Origin: Flectonema sp. DT1601
Taxonomy: Eukaryota
NCBI GenBank assembly: GCA_964019425.1
Contig: OZ025780.1
Span: 1,860,001-1,911,937, forward strand
Direction: 5' to 3'
DNA: 51,937 nt
The notes under the pieces are model-generated. The model saw only the letters and a program-made list of their open reading frames with translations. It had not been told where the DNA came from and did not search any database. The position numbers and the translations under genes are program-made. Position 1 is the first letter of the stretch; every line of letters starts with the position of its first letter. Shown here in pieces: positions 21,009-31,832 of the stretch.

Positions 21009-23936
21009 ATGGAGAAACTCCAATTTCCGAACCTCGATTATCCAACAATGGAGCCCCACATGGAAAACAAACAAGAGAAAGATACTCTTAGTCAAAAGAC
21101 GAATGATAACGATGACACAGCACTGTTATACGAGATGTTACAGAAATTTGAAGAGGATGATATCTCTACAACAGCTAAAGCCGCAGATCCATTGGATTTG
21201 AGATCTTCGAATGAAAATACTACTCATAAGGAAGTCATTCAAGAACCAAAGAAAGTCATTCAAGAACCGAAGGAAGTCATTCAAGAACCAAAGGAAGTCA
21301 TTCAAGATCCAAAGGAAGTCATTCAAGATCCAAAGGAAGTCATTCAAGATCCAAAGAAAGTCATTCAAGATCCAAAGGAAGTCATTCAAGAACCAAAGGA
21401 AGTCACTCAAGATCCAAAGGAAGTCACTCAAGATCCAAAGAAAGTCATTCAAGATCCAAAGGAAGTCATTCAAGATCCAAAGGAAGTCACTCAAGATCCA
21501 AAGGAAGTCACTCAAGATCCAAAGAAAGTCATTCAAGATCCAAAGGAAGTCATTCAAGATCCAAAGGAAGTCATTCAAAATCCAGAGATAGATACACACC
21601 TAGATCCAAAAATAGGTCAGCAAGATGTGGATTTGGACGATAAGGAAGCAATAGTTGTTGCTAACAAGGCTTCTAAACCCAATACTCACTTCGACATCAC
21701 TGATTACATAACTTCTGAAGATCAAAAGTCAAATGATTTTGTAAGTGGAACCACAAAGCTCACTAAGTTTCCCAATCATATCTTGAACACCAATCAGAAT
21801 ACTAACTTATGTCATATGGAATATGCTACACCAAATACCGATGTACATATGGAATCACCAATGACCACTATTCTAACTGGTCCACTTTATAATACGGATA
21901 CACAATTTAATTACGAAAATACAACACTTATAATTGCAACACCGCAGATTATACCAACCATCCCAAACTTTCATAACCTATATCACAGCTCATCTGGGTG
22001 TCAAATCATGGCGGTATCACCTCCGAGAATATACAAAGTAAATACAATTGCTGCCATCTCACCCCCACAAGTCTATCACAACGGGGACAGCATTGTTGCC
22101 ATCTCACCGCCAACTATCCATGATACTAAGAGTCCAACAGATGTTACTTCACCAACTCGGATGGATATTGATATTGACACGGTGATTGCCGTCAATAACA
22201 GAAGTCTATATGATATTGACATCATCCCACCACCACATGTGGATACTCTTATAAGTACCAAGAAAAAGAGTAACGACTCAATTCATAAAACTTGCCTTAC
22301 CGATGTCGATAACAATAGCTACAACGAGATATCACCACCACAAACGGATGTACATATGTTGATCAATAACAATGATCTCAACGTAATTGAGCCTATTGCA
22401 CCACCACATACGGGTGTTCATACGGTAATTAACAACAACAGTCTCGAGACATTCGGGTATATTTCACCACCGCAGACTGGTATTCATATGCCTATAGTTA
22501 TCGACAACAACAGTATCAACGCAAACGAACTTGCTTCACCACCACAAACTAATGTTCATATGGAGGTCAGAAACAATAGTCTCATTGCGACTGAGGCTAT
22601 ATCACCACCGTGTTTAGAAACACCTGAACATCGACATGTGTTTGAAACACCGGTAAAACAAAAGTCGGGAGGCAAAATCAAAACTCCGACAACCAACAAG
22701 ATTGTCCCACAAGAACCACTAACTTGTTGGAATGGACACAATCGGGAGCTTATTTATGATTTAGCAATGAATAGGCAACCTAACAAGATTGTTACAACAT
22801 ACACTGCACCATCGTTAAAAGTTACAACTCCGAAAACAGCAGCACGAAATAACACTGTTGTCATAGACACAGAAGATAGTATGAACCCCGTAACTTCAAT
22901 GCCGGAAAGTTTAAGTGATGCCCTTGAACCTTGTTCAAAACGTAACAAAAAGTCCAATATACTGTCTCATAAACATGCTATGAAGCAATCCAAAAAGAAA
23001 GCTTTCAATAATGGATCTCACGAGTCAATTATCCCTAAAACTAAAGTCATTACGCAATCACATACGCAGATTAAGGATAAAACATCGGAACCTATCAATG
23101 AAGAATCTAGTAAGATACTTCCCCAACTTAAAGATGAAACCGGAAGTAAGAAAGATGAGACATCGTCGCATGTTGAACTAGAAAAGGCAACAGAAGTTAA
23201 TACAATAGTTGAGAACTCAATGACCGACGTGCCAACGACAACATCCTCGTCAGAACCATCCTACAAAGATACAACGCATATCAAGAGGAAATGTAAATAT
23301 TGCTTCAAGACTAAAAAATCAATTATTGATCATGTCCACATATGCGCAATATTCAGAGCCTCAAAGGACTTTCCATATTACATGGATCATGATAATACAA
23401 CGTATGAAGTTAACAACAGTGATGGCTCCAACAAGATCACAATGGTCATCAAGGAGAAGAAGAAATTAAACATGCGGTCTATCAAAAGAGGTACAAAACT
23501 AGTAACACAAATTCTTGAGAAAGAGGATAGTACACTAACTACACCAAAAAGAGATACCCGCAAAAGATTAAATTCTGAAAGTCCGATTCCAATAATCGAA
23601 TTTAATGGATACATGGACAAGGACAAGAGAAAAAAGTTAGAGAATAAGAACGGATCTAAAAGTAAACGCAAGATCAAAGTTGAGGTTAATAAGATGCTAG
23701 TCGCTTCAACAAAAAAGAAGGAGAAGTCGAAATATACAAAGAGATTAAATTCTGAAAGTCCTATGCAGCCGCTACTAAGAAAAGATGTACGAAAGAAACG
23801 AGCCAAACAAGAAGATATCAACACACCTAAAAGTGAAGATAAAGAGAACGTTACGAACATCTTAGATACTCCTTCGACTCCTGCTTTACATAATTTTGAA
23901 GATGTATCAGAGTATGCATCAGAGCTTGATAATTAA
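21009..23936 (+). CDS. Hypothetical 975-aa protein with KEVIQDP heptad repeats, SPPxT repeats, a C2HC finger and a Lys-rich C-terminus
   Basis: 2.9-kb uninterrupted ATG-started ORF in AT-rich DNA; CKYC-x9-HVHIC motif. Confidence 0.7.
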   Translation: MEKLQFPNLDYPTMEPHMENKQEKDTLSQKTNDNDDTALLYEMLQKFEEDDISTTAKAADPLDLRSSNENTTHKEVIQEPKKVIQEPKEVIQEPKEVIQDPKEVIQDPKEVIQDPKKVIQDPKEVIQEPKEVTQDPKEVTQDPKKVIQDPKEVIQDPKEVTQDPKEVTQDPKKVIQDPKEVIQDPKEVIQNPEIDTHLDPKIGQQDVDLDDKEAIVVANKASKPNTHFDITDYITSEDQKSNDFVSGTTKLTKFPNHILNTNQNTNLCHMEYATPNTDVHMESPMTTILTGPLYNTDTQFNYENTTLIIATPQIIPTIPNFHNLYHSSSGCQIMAVSPPRIYKVNTIAAISPPQVYHNGDSIVAISPPTIHDTKSPTDVTSPTRMDIDIDTVIAVNNRSLYDIDIIPPPHVDTLISTKKKSNDSIHKTCLTDVDNNSYNEISPPQTDVHMLINNNDLNVIEPIAPPHTGVHTVINNNSLETFGYISPPQTGIHMPIVIDNNSINANELASPPQTNVHMEVRNNSLIATEAISPPCLETPEHRHVFETPVKQKSGGKIKTPTTNKIVPQEPLTCWNGHNRELIYDLAMNRQPNKIVTTYTAPSLKVTTPKTAARNNTVVIDTEDSMNPVTSMPESLSDALEPCSKRNKKSNILSHKHAMKQSKKKAFNNGSHESIIPKTKVITQSHTQIKDKTSEPINEESSKILPQLKDETGSKKDETSSHVELEKATEVNTIVENSMTDVPTTTSSSEPSYKDTTHIKRKCKYCFKTKKSIIDHVHICAIFRASKDFPYYMDHDNTTYEVNNSDGSNKITMVIKEKKKLNMRSIKRGTKLVTQILEKEDSTLTTPKRDTRKRLNSESPIPIIEFNGYMDKDKRKKLENKNGSKSKRKIKVEVNKMLVASTKKKEKSKYTKRLNSESPMQPLLRKDVRKKRAKQEDINTPKSEDKENVTNILDTPSTPALHNFEDVSEYASELDN
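21228..21585 (+). repeat. 21-bp coding tandem repeat, ~17 units
   Basis: Unit aaggaagtcattcaagatcca. Confidence 0.93.
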
Positions 23937-24294
23937 TCATCTTATACTTTCTACATTTATTGTAGAAGAGTGCTCCACTAGTAGTGCGCTACGAACTAGT
24001 AATAACAAGAAGAATGTTTTTTTTTTTATAAACATTATAACAAAGTAACTACATCCTAGTCTTGCTAACTAAGATGCTTCAGTCACAACAGATGATTGAC
24101 TTACTTCTACACCATACTGATGATGAGAGAATAGAGGTAAGAGGTATATGGATTACTCTCGAAACCTAATAGTTACTTTAAAAGGCTAAGTTAAGCATCA
24201 CACCTAGTCACTGTATCTCAGAACTAATGTTAAATTATCGTTATGTTTTTTATGATACAAAACATTTGTATTTTACGTACAAAATCAAACAGTT

Positions 24295-24370
24295 AACCCC
24301 CCCAAGGGGGGGGAGCCACTAATAAAGGCCAACCTCCTGAAAAAGAATCAAGAAAAAACAAAAATGCCCT
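24295..24370 (+). repeat. ~75-bp direct repeat, right copy
   Basis: Matches 20894-20970 with one fewer C. Confidence 0.92.
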
Positions 24371-24948
24371 CGCCCAGGGTCGAACTGGACGGTTTACAGC
24401 CATTTTGGGTTTTGTAAAGAATGGTTAGTTCTGAAACTATTTGTGTAGGAAAGACCCTTTACCCAAAAAGAAATGAAATCAAAGATTGCTTTTTCACAGC
24501 TTGGCACCTAAAATCCAAAACTCATTAAGAAGGAAAAAATTATTTCAAAAAGAAAATTTTTGCTAACTAAATTGGCAGCCATACACCAAATTTCAAAACC
24601 ACTTACTAACAGAATTTCTTTCTCATCACTTTTTATATTTTAAGAAAATGGTTAACAGGAATTTATGAAGACTTTTGGATAGATCAACTATGTGTTCCCA
24701 TCTTTTTTAGGAGATCTGTAGAAAAAAATAAATCTTTCAGAAAATATTATAAAGGAAAGATTTTTTCTGAAGAATTCTTTTTTAACTACCTACTAAATTG
24801 GCAACCATACACTTAAATTTCAAAACCATCACATTTTATACTTTAAGAAAATGGTTACCCATCTTTTTTAGACCTGCTCAGGCACAAAAATCCAGCATTT
24901 TTCCTTAGGCAAAAATAAGTCTTACTTACTTCCTACTGAAGGAAATTG

Positions 24949-25828
24949 GCAGCTTAAATTTGTTTGCAGGAAAAAAGTAAGCAGCTAAAATTTGCTTGCG
25001 GGAAGAAAATAAGCAGCTAAAATTTGCTTGCGGGAAGAAAATAAGCAGCTGAGATTTGCTTGCGGGAAGAGAATCAGCAGCTAAAATTTGCTTGCGGGAA
25101 GAAAATAAGCAGCTAAAATTTGCTTGCGGGAAGAAAATTAGCAGCTAAAATTTGCTTGCAGGAAGAAAATTAGCAGCTAAAATTTGCTTGCGGGAAGAAA
25201 ATAAGCAGCTGAGATTTGCTTGCGGGAAGAGAATCAGCAGCTAAAATTTGCTTGCGGGAAGAAAATAAGCAGCTAAAATTTGCTTGCGGGAAGAAAATAA
25301 GCAGCTAAAATTTGCTTGCGGGAAGAAAATAAGCAGCTGAGATTTGCTTGCGGGAAGAAAATAAGCAGCCAAAATTTGCTTGCGGGAAGAAAATAAGCAG
25401 CTAAAATTTGCTTGCGGGAAGAAAATTAGCAGCTAAAATTTGCTTGCGGGAAGAAAATAAGCAGCTAAAATTTGCTTGCGGGAAGAAAATAAGCAGCTGA
25501 GATTTGCTTGCGGGAAGAGAATCAGCAGCTAAAATTTGCTTGCGGGAAGAAAATTAGCAGCTAAAATTTGCTTGCGGGAAGAAAATTAGCAGCTAAAATT
25601 TGCTTGCGGGAAGAAAATCAGCAGCTAAAATTTGCTTGCAGGAAGAAAATTAGCAGCTAAAATTTGCTTGCGGGAAGAAAATAAGCAGCTAAAATTTGCT
25701 TGCGGGAAGAAAATTAGCAGCTAAAATTTGCCTGCAAGAAAAAAATAAGCAGCTAAAATTTGCTTGCGGGAAGAGAATCAGCAGCTAAAATTTGCTTGCA
25801 AGAAGAAAATTAGCAGCCAAAATTTGCT
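24949..25828 (+). repeat. 32-bp minisatellite, ~27 units
   Basis: Unit gcagctaaaatttgcttgcgggaagaaaataa, head-to-tail with point variants. Confidence 0.95.
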
Positions 25829-26910
25829 CAGGGGTGCTACATAAGCATTGATTGCAGAAAGGTGGCAAAAATGAAAGGAATTATTTATTAAAACCCAAAT
25901 TGTCTAAACCATAACAGAAAGACAGCTTGGCACCAAAACTCTAAAACCTATTCTCCTCAGGGATTTGTGAAGCCTTTTCGAGATCGATAGGCCAAGGGAT
26001 AACCATAAAAAAGGTGTAACCATGAATTCTTGGAGGTGAGTGGCACAAAAAGCAGTAAAAAAAAAAAAAAAAAAATCCCGTGACAAAGGCAAATAACTGC
26101 AAAAGCAGCAATTCTCTTTCCGCAAACGCCCCCCCGTGGGTCATCAGGTCATTTGGTAGTGCCAACCTGCAACAGGTTAACATGCAACACTCTACATTTC
26201 TTCCCGTAATGCGTGACACCATTCAACACCTTACGTAGCACTTAGCACCAGGCCTGCTTGCGGGAAGAAACAGAAGCCTAAGCCATTCTCAGTACGGAAG
26301 TAGCTAGGCCAGGCCTTACATAGCACTTCTGAGCAACCTAATATTATTCCTGTAATCCGTGACACTATTACGTAGCACTTAGCACCAGGCTTGCTAGCAG
26401 GAAGAAACAGAAGCCCCATTCCCAGTACCGAAGTAGCTAGGCCTGACCAGCTTACAGTGCTGCGTAAGTTTTGACTGGCAAACAACTGCAAAACTTTTTT
26501 CTCCACCCAGAGATTTGTGAAGACTTTTCGGGGCCGATAGATCGAGAGATAACCATAAAAAAAAGATGTACTCATGTTTTTTTGGAGGTGAGTGGCGCAA
26601 AAAGTGGTAAAAAAAAAAAAAAAAATTCCGTGACAAAGGCAAATAACAGCAATTTTCTTTCTGCAAACGCCCGCCGGATCATCAGACTGTCATTTGGTAG
26701 CGCCGACTTGCCACAGGTCAATATGCAACGCTACTTTTCTTTCCGTAATGCGTGGCACCAGTCAACACTTATGTTGCCAGACCTTCTTGCGGGAATGCAA
26801 AGAAGAATTAGTGTGTAATTAGGTGAGGCCTGGCCTGGGTACCTGGCCCAGGACTTGGTGGATTTCCTCAGAACCCAAAATATCCCCAATGCTGACAATT
26901 ATATAGGAGA

Positions 26911-26922
26911 AACCCGCAAACC
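26911..26922 (+). repeat. Residual AAACCCGC tract between Helitron 1 and the YR family-2 element
   Basis: aacccgcaaacc. Confidence 0.8.
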
Positions 26923-29242
26923 TTTCCTTGGGAACCTTGCAAATGGCAGTTTTAAATTACGTAATATCATCCTTTGTCTTTTCTGCTCTAGTGTGCAACG
27001 AAGTTTGAGTTCTCATCTTCGATCATTTTTCCTCAATTTAGACGAGTCCGATCATGGGCAAAAAGTGTTGCGCCGACCTGGCTGCAGACACTGTCTCTAG
27101 ATAAGGCATTTTACATTTAACAATTGTTTCAGATGTGCAAATTCCGTGTGTTATAAAACAAGCTTGCATTATTACAAGTTATCCTTGGGAACGTGTCCCT
27201 CAATATATCAGAAAATTATTCATCGTTTAACTTTTCCATTTTGTCATTCTTTACGCTTTATCACACGAACTTTGTCGGTTGCCGATGGGCCATGTGTGTG
27301 CGCCGGAGATCATGCACACGCTGGCCGCGGCGGCTGCCGGCGACCCTGCGTACGTCCTGCCGGAGTGGCGTGTGCGGGGTGTACGGGTTGATGTCTTCAT
27401 AGACAACATCCGGTATACAGGTGAGGCTGGTATGGTACTTGCAGCTACGGCGAACCTCGATGCGGCTGCAGGTGACTTTTGTTTAACCTGGAAACCAGCT
27501 GACAGCTTTACTGCGGAGACGAAGTACACTTTCTTGGGGGTGGACTTCGACCATCGGGGGTCGGAGGTGAAGGTATCGACGAAGATATGTCGGAAGCTGC
27601 AGGGTGTGGACATGGACAATGTGACGGCTGGGCAACTTGAGTCGATGGGTGGAAGGTTGATGCACGCTTCGGCGGTGGCCGGGGAGACACCGGGAAAATA
27701 CTGGTTTGCATTGAAGTTCCTCCGGCGCTTGGCGAACAATCTGAATGCCGGGAGGAGGTTGGTCGGGGACAGAGTCCATGTTCCGGTTTCTATTTCGACT
27801 GAGTTGCGGGAGTGGGCGGCTGGTGCGACGGCTTCGAGACGGATGCTCGCTCCGTTTGATGGGGCGGAGCAGAAGTTCTCCATCTTCATCGATGCCTCGA
27901 AGATGGGATGGGGAGGAGTCGTTGTGAACGACGTGACGGCCGAGGTAGTGGTGATGGGGGACTCCTGGGATGCGGAACAGTGCATGCTGCACATTAACAT
28001 CCTGGAGGGTCTAGCATTCAGCAAGACGATGCAGCAGATGTCGCCGGAGCTGGATGGTTGCACGATAGCCATCTGGATTGACAACACCTCGGTGGTAGGG
28101 GTTGCCAGGAAGGGTATGTCGGTTCGGTCGCAAGAGCTGAACGGCGCAGTCATCAGCGCTTTGCTGGAGTTGCAGAGGAGGGCGATCACGTTCTCGGTGC
28201 AGTATGTACGATCACAACTGAATCCAGCTGACCTACCTTCACGGGTCGATCCGACACAAATCAAAACACGAAAGCACAGGGAAGAGGTCACACTGGCGGT
28301 TAGGGCTTTCTTCACTCGCGATGTGGAGGTGGCGCGTGACGGCGCGCGCCCGGCCGAGCCTCACCACGAGGACACGATCAGGCGGCGCCACGCTACCCCG
28401 TTGTGAATGTTTGGAAATCTTGCTCTGTTAGTACTTGTGGCTTAACCCTTTCTTTCGCTCTGTCTACAGGAAAATTAGTTTAACCAATGGTACAATTCAC
28501 TTTGTACAATGTTCTTGCTTTATTCATTTCTATCCCTTGTTTCTGCTTTATTTCATTTCACCCCAGTACAATTAACAACGTAAATGCCGCACGGTTCCCT
28601 TTCCTTGGGAACCTTGCAAATGGCAGTTTTAAATTACGTAATATCATCCTTTGTCTTTTCTGCTCTAGTGTGCAACGAAGTTTGAGTTCTCATCTTCGAT
28701 CATTTTTCCTCAATTTAGACGAGTCCGATCATGGGCAAAAAGTGTTGCGCCGACCTGGCTGCAGACACTGTCTCTAGATAAGGCATTTTACATTTAACAA
28801 TTGTTTCAGATGTGCAAATTCCGTGTGTTATAAAACAAGCTTGCATTATTACAAGTTATCCTTGGGAACGTGTCCCTCAATATATCAGAAAATTATTCAT
28901 CGTTTAACTTTTCCATTTTGTCATTCTTTACGCTTTATCACAGGGTTTTTTCATACTTGTACATTTAAGTTTGAAATCCCACCCACCCACCCCCTGTGAC
29001 GGCGCGCGCCCGGCCGAGCCTCACCACGAGGACACGATCAGGCGGCGCCACGCTACCCCGTTGTGAATGTTTGGAAATCTTGCTCTGTTAGTACTTGTGG
29101 CTTAACCCTTTCTTTCGCTCTGTCTACAGGAAAATTAGTTTAACCAATGGTACAATTCACTTTGTACAATGTTCTTGCTTTATTCATTTCTATCCCTTGT
29201 TTCTGCTTTATTTCATTTCACCCCAGTACAATTAACAACGTA
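26923..29242 (+). mobile_element. YR retrotransposon family 2, internally deleted: A1 26923-27265, B1 28336-28599, A2 28600-~28977, B2 28996-29242 (cut by Helitron 2)
   Basis: Same split-repeat layout as family 1. YR and the RT N-terminus are missing. Confidence 0.9.
27266..28406 (+). pseudogene. C-terminal RT plus complete RNase H of family 2
   Basis: FIDNI, FIDASKMGWG, WIDNTS and NPADLPSR; clearly homologous to the family-1 protein. Confidence 0.88.
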
Positions 29243-29889
29243 CTAGAGATACCCCTTCCAGGCTCGCGTTGCTCGCACACAATTTTTTTTTTTTAAATCT
29301 TTCTGAACAAACCTTATTTTTACAACCAAGTCACGTCTGTTTTTATTCCCTGTGTCTAGCTAGGTACCCGTCCAGGATACAAAATTGTATCCTCATCGCA
29401 ATCTTTTTATTATTCATTTATTACTTTTCTGTCCCAACGGGACGACAAATGAAAAATGTCCTCCCTTAGCTGAAAATGCACACTGCACCCTGTTTTATCA
29501 AGTCATATCACAGAATGGACGAAGATAAGGTTATTCTTTATTTATTGTTTTTGTTTTTCTGAAAGATAGTTATATTAATATGCTAGCACGAAAACGACGG
29601 CTAGGTTTATGATGATTGGATATGTGGCTTAGGTTATCTGTTTGTTTCATTTGGAAATATTTTATAAACCATTCACAACAGGTTTATCGAACTTGTATCT
29701 GCAATGTGTGCGACCCTGGGATGGAAATATAGGAATTTAGTTATATTAATAAGGTTATCGTTCATTACATTATTTTCAATAAAATAGATATGTGAGAAGA
29801 ACTACGGGATGGGGAATAACAGTGGTGAAAAAAGCATCAGCCGATTGCGGGTTTATAGTGCTTCTGTATGTATGTGGGGTGGGTGACTA

Positions 29890-30480
29890 TTCTACTTCGG
29901 CCTCTTGATGCCTTGGGTTCTTCCAGTGGTTGATCTTTGTTTCGCCTGCTGAGGCTTTCACCGCCAGCGCTTCCTTCTGTCGAAAATGGTAGCTCCTCGA
30001 GCGGCCACCCTGCAGGCTATCGAGACATCCCGAGCCGCAGCCTTTACCTCCTGCTGACGTTTCTCAACATCAGTTGCCGCTTCCCCTTCGTCGAAGAGCA
30101 GCCGCCACCTTCCGAGCAGACTCTGCCATTTGTTCCTTCTGCTGACGTTCCCTCAATAGGATCTCCACCTCCAATGGTTCCTTCCTTTCGGGCTGGTGTG
30201 TGTGTGTGTGTTGTCGTACTCCTTCAGCTCACGTTCCTTTGCCATGACTGCCGAAGCTTGGAGCTTCAACGCTTCTCTTCGACGAAGGGTTGCTTCTCGA
30301 GCAGCCTTTCGAGCTGCTATCTGGAGTTCCTTCTGCTTTAGTAAGTTCACCTCCAAGGCTTCTTTCCTTTGAAGGGCACATTCTCGAGCCTCTATCTCCT
30401 TCAATCGCTTCTGCTCTGGCTCCTTCGCCATGACTGCTGCGTGCCACCGCCGGCGTCTTGCTTCCAAGGTGTCCTTAACC
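29890..30480 (-). pseudogene. Diverged, frameshifted duplicate of the RepHel C-terminal charged region (30828-31460)
   Basis: LEARRRRWHAA...KQKELQIAARKAAREATLRRRE matches ORF 30828-31814. Confidence 0.8.
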
Positions 30481-30632
30481 ATGATGTTGTTACTGCTGTG
30501 GAATTATATTTTAGATTTGAGTTTAATAATGTTATTCAAAACAGGTTAATACATAAACCCAAAAAATGTGCCGCGTGATCGCGTATTGAACCCTCAGTCA
30601 CAGGAATGCAAGAGCGATTAGTCGACGACCAT

Positions 30633-30638
30633 ATTATT

Positions 30639-30698
<60 letters not shown>

Positions 30699-30700
30699 TT
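30633..30700. repeat. (TTTA)n microsatellite
   Basis: Directly visible. Confidence 0.9.
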
Positions 30701-30827
30701 GTGTGTTGCTATCCTAGGATGAAAATAAGGGTTTATTGTGCATTAACTTAATTTCCGTCCTGCTCAGTGTTCCAAAACGAAAATGTGAACTTCTGTATGT
30801 GCTAGTTTTGCGGGTGACTGTTGTTGT

Positions 30828-31832
30828 CTACTTCGGCCTCTTGATGCGCTGGGATTTTGCGGGGGGTGCTTTCCGCTTCATTGCAGCTGGCTTCTGGGAC
30901 GAAGTTCCAGGCTTTTCTTTCGCCTGCTTTCGGGAGGTTCTCACCGCCAGGGCTTCTTTTCGTCGAATGGCAGCTTCTCGAGCGGCCACCCTGCGGGCTA
31001 TGGAAGCATCCCGAGCCGCAGCCTTTACCACCTGCTGACGTTTCTCAACATCAGTTGCCGCTTCCCTTCGTCGAAGAGCAGCCGCCACCTTCTGAGCAGA
31101 CTCTGCCTTTTGTTCCTTCTGCTGACGTTCCCTCAACAGGATCTCCACCTCCAATGCTTCCTTCCTTCGGGCTGGCGTGTCGAACTCCTTCAGCTCACGT
31201 TCCTTCGCCATGACCGGCGGCGAAGCTTCCAACTTCAATGTTTCTCTTCGACGAAGGGTTGCTTCTCGAGCAGCCTTTCGGGCCGCTATCTCGAGTTCCT
31301 TCTGCTTGAGTAACTTCACCTCCAAGGCTTCTTTCCTTCGAAGGGCAGATTCTCGAGCCTCCACCTCCAGAGCCAGTGACCTCATTCGCTTCTGCTCTCG
31401 CTCCTTCGCCGTGACTGCATGCCACCGCTGGCGTCTTGCTTCCAAGGGGTCGTTAGCCGTCAGGCGGTATGTATCACGCAACCTGATGAGTGCTTCCTCT
31501 GGACTGCGGGACCGCAGGTTGACGTAATGCAGACCTAGTGCATGGATGATTTCCCCCAGCTGATTCCAAATGAAGATAGTTCTGTTGGTGTGGTGGGTTA
31601 GAAGAAATGAGAAATGGTCGTGAACCTCATTTTGGTCTTCCGTAAAGAAACACGACTCCGGGAAGAACCCTCCAACTCGTAGCCCGTCTTGCTGTAGTAC
31701 GACGATTTTTATATGTAGCAGCACCGCGGCTGCGTCGATTGCCTCGTTCGTCAGCCAAGACCCGTCGGTTCGATATTGCTCGACCCAGGATGAGTCACTA
31801 CCTGCGCGGACCATCTCTTCGCAGATCTGGTG
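30828..31832 (-). CDS. In-frame continuation of RepHel after one TGA: rest of the second OTU-like domain plus a charged helical tail
   Basis: ctc TGA cac cag atc tgc gaa gag ATG is a single frame. WLTNEAIDAAA..LHYVNL parallels WLTDRAVDAAS..THYINL. Confidence 0.8.
   Translation of the reverse strand, partial: HQICEEMVRAGSDSSWVEQYRTDGSWLTNEAIDAAAVLLHIKIVVLQQDGLRVGGFFPESCFFTEDQNEVHDHFSFLLTHHTNRTIFIWNQLGEIIHALGLHYVNLRSRSPEEALIRLRDTYRLTANDPLEARRQRWHAVTAKEREQKRMRSLALEVEARESALRRKEALEVKLLKQKELEIAARKAAREATLRRRETLKLEASPPVMAKERELKEFDTPARRKEALEVEILLRERQQKEQKAESAQKVAAALRRREAATDVEKRQQVVKAAARDASIARRVAAREAAIRRKEALAVRTSRKQAKEKPGTSSQKPAAMKRKAPPAKSQRIKRPK

Larger units (their letters stand above)
13589..26910 (-). 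mobile_element. Helitron 1, non-autonomous, 13.3 kb including nested inserts
   Basis: Minus-strand 5' TCTCCTATATAAT (26910) and 3' ...TATCTCTAG (13589). The 3' end is shared with the RepHel-coding element at 29243. Removing it restores cccgca|aacccgc with no TSD. Confidence 0.85.

Noticed and set aside
24949..25828. CRISPR array (also considered for the 63-mers)
   Set aside because: Head-to-tail units with no unique spacers, no cas genes, eukaryotic context.
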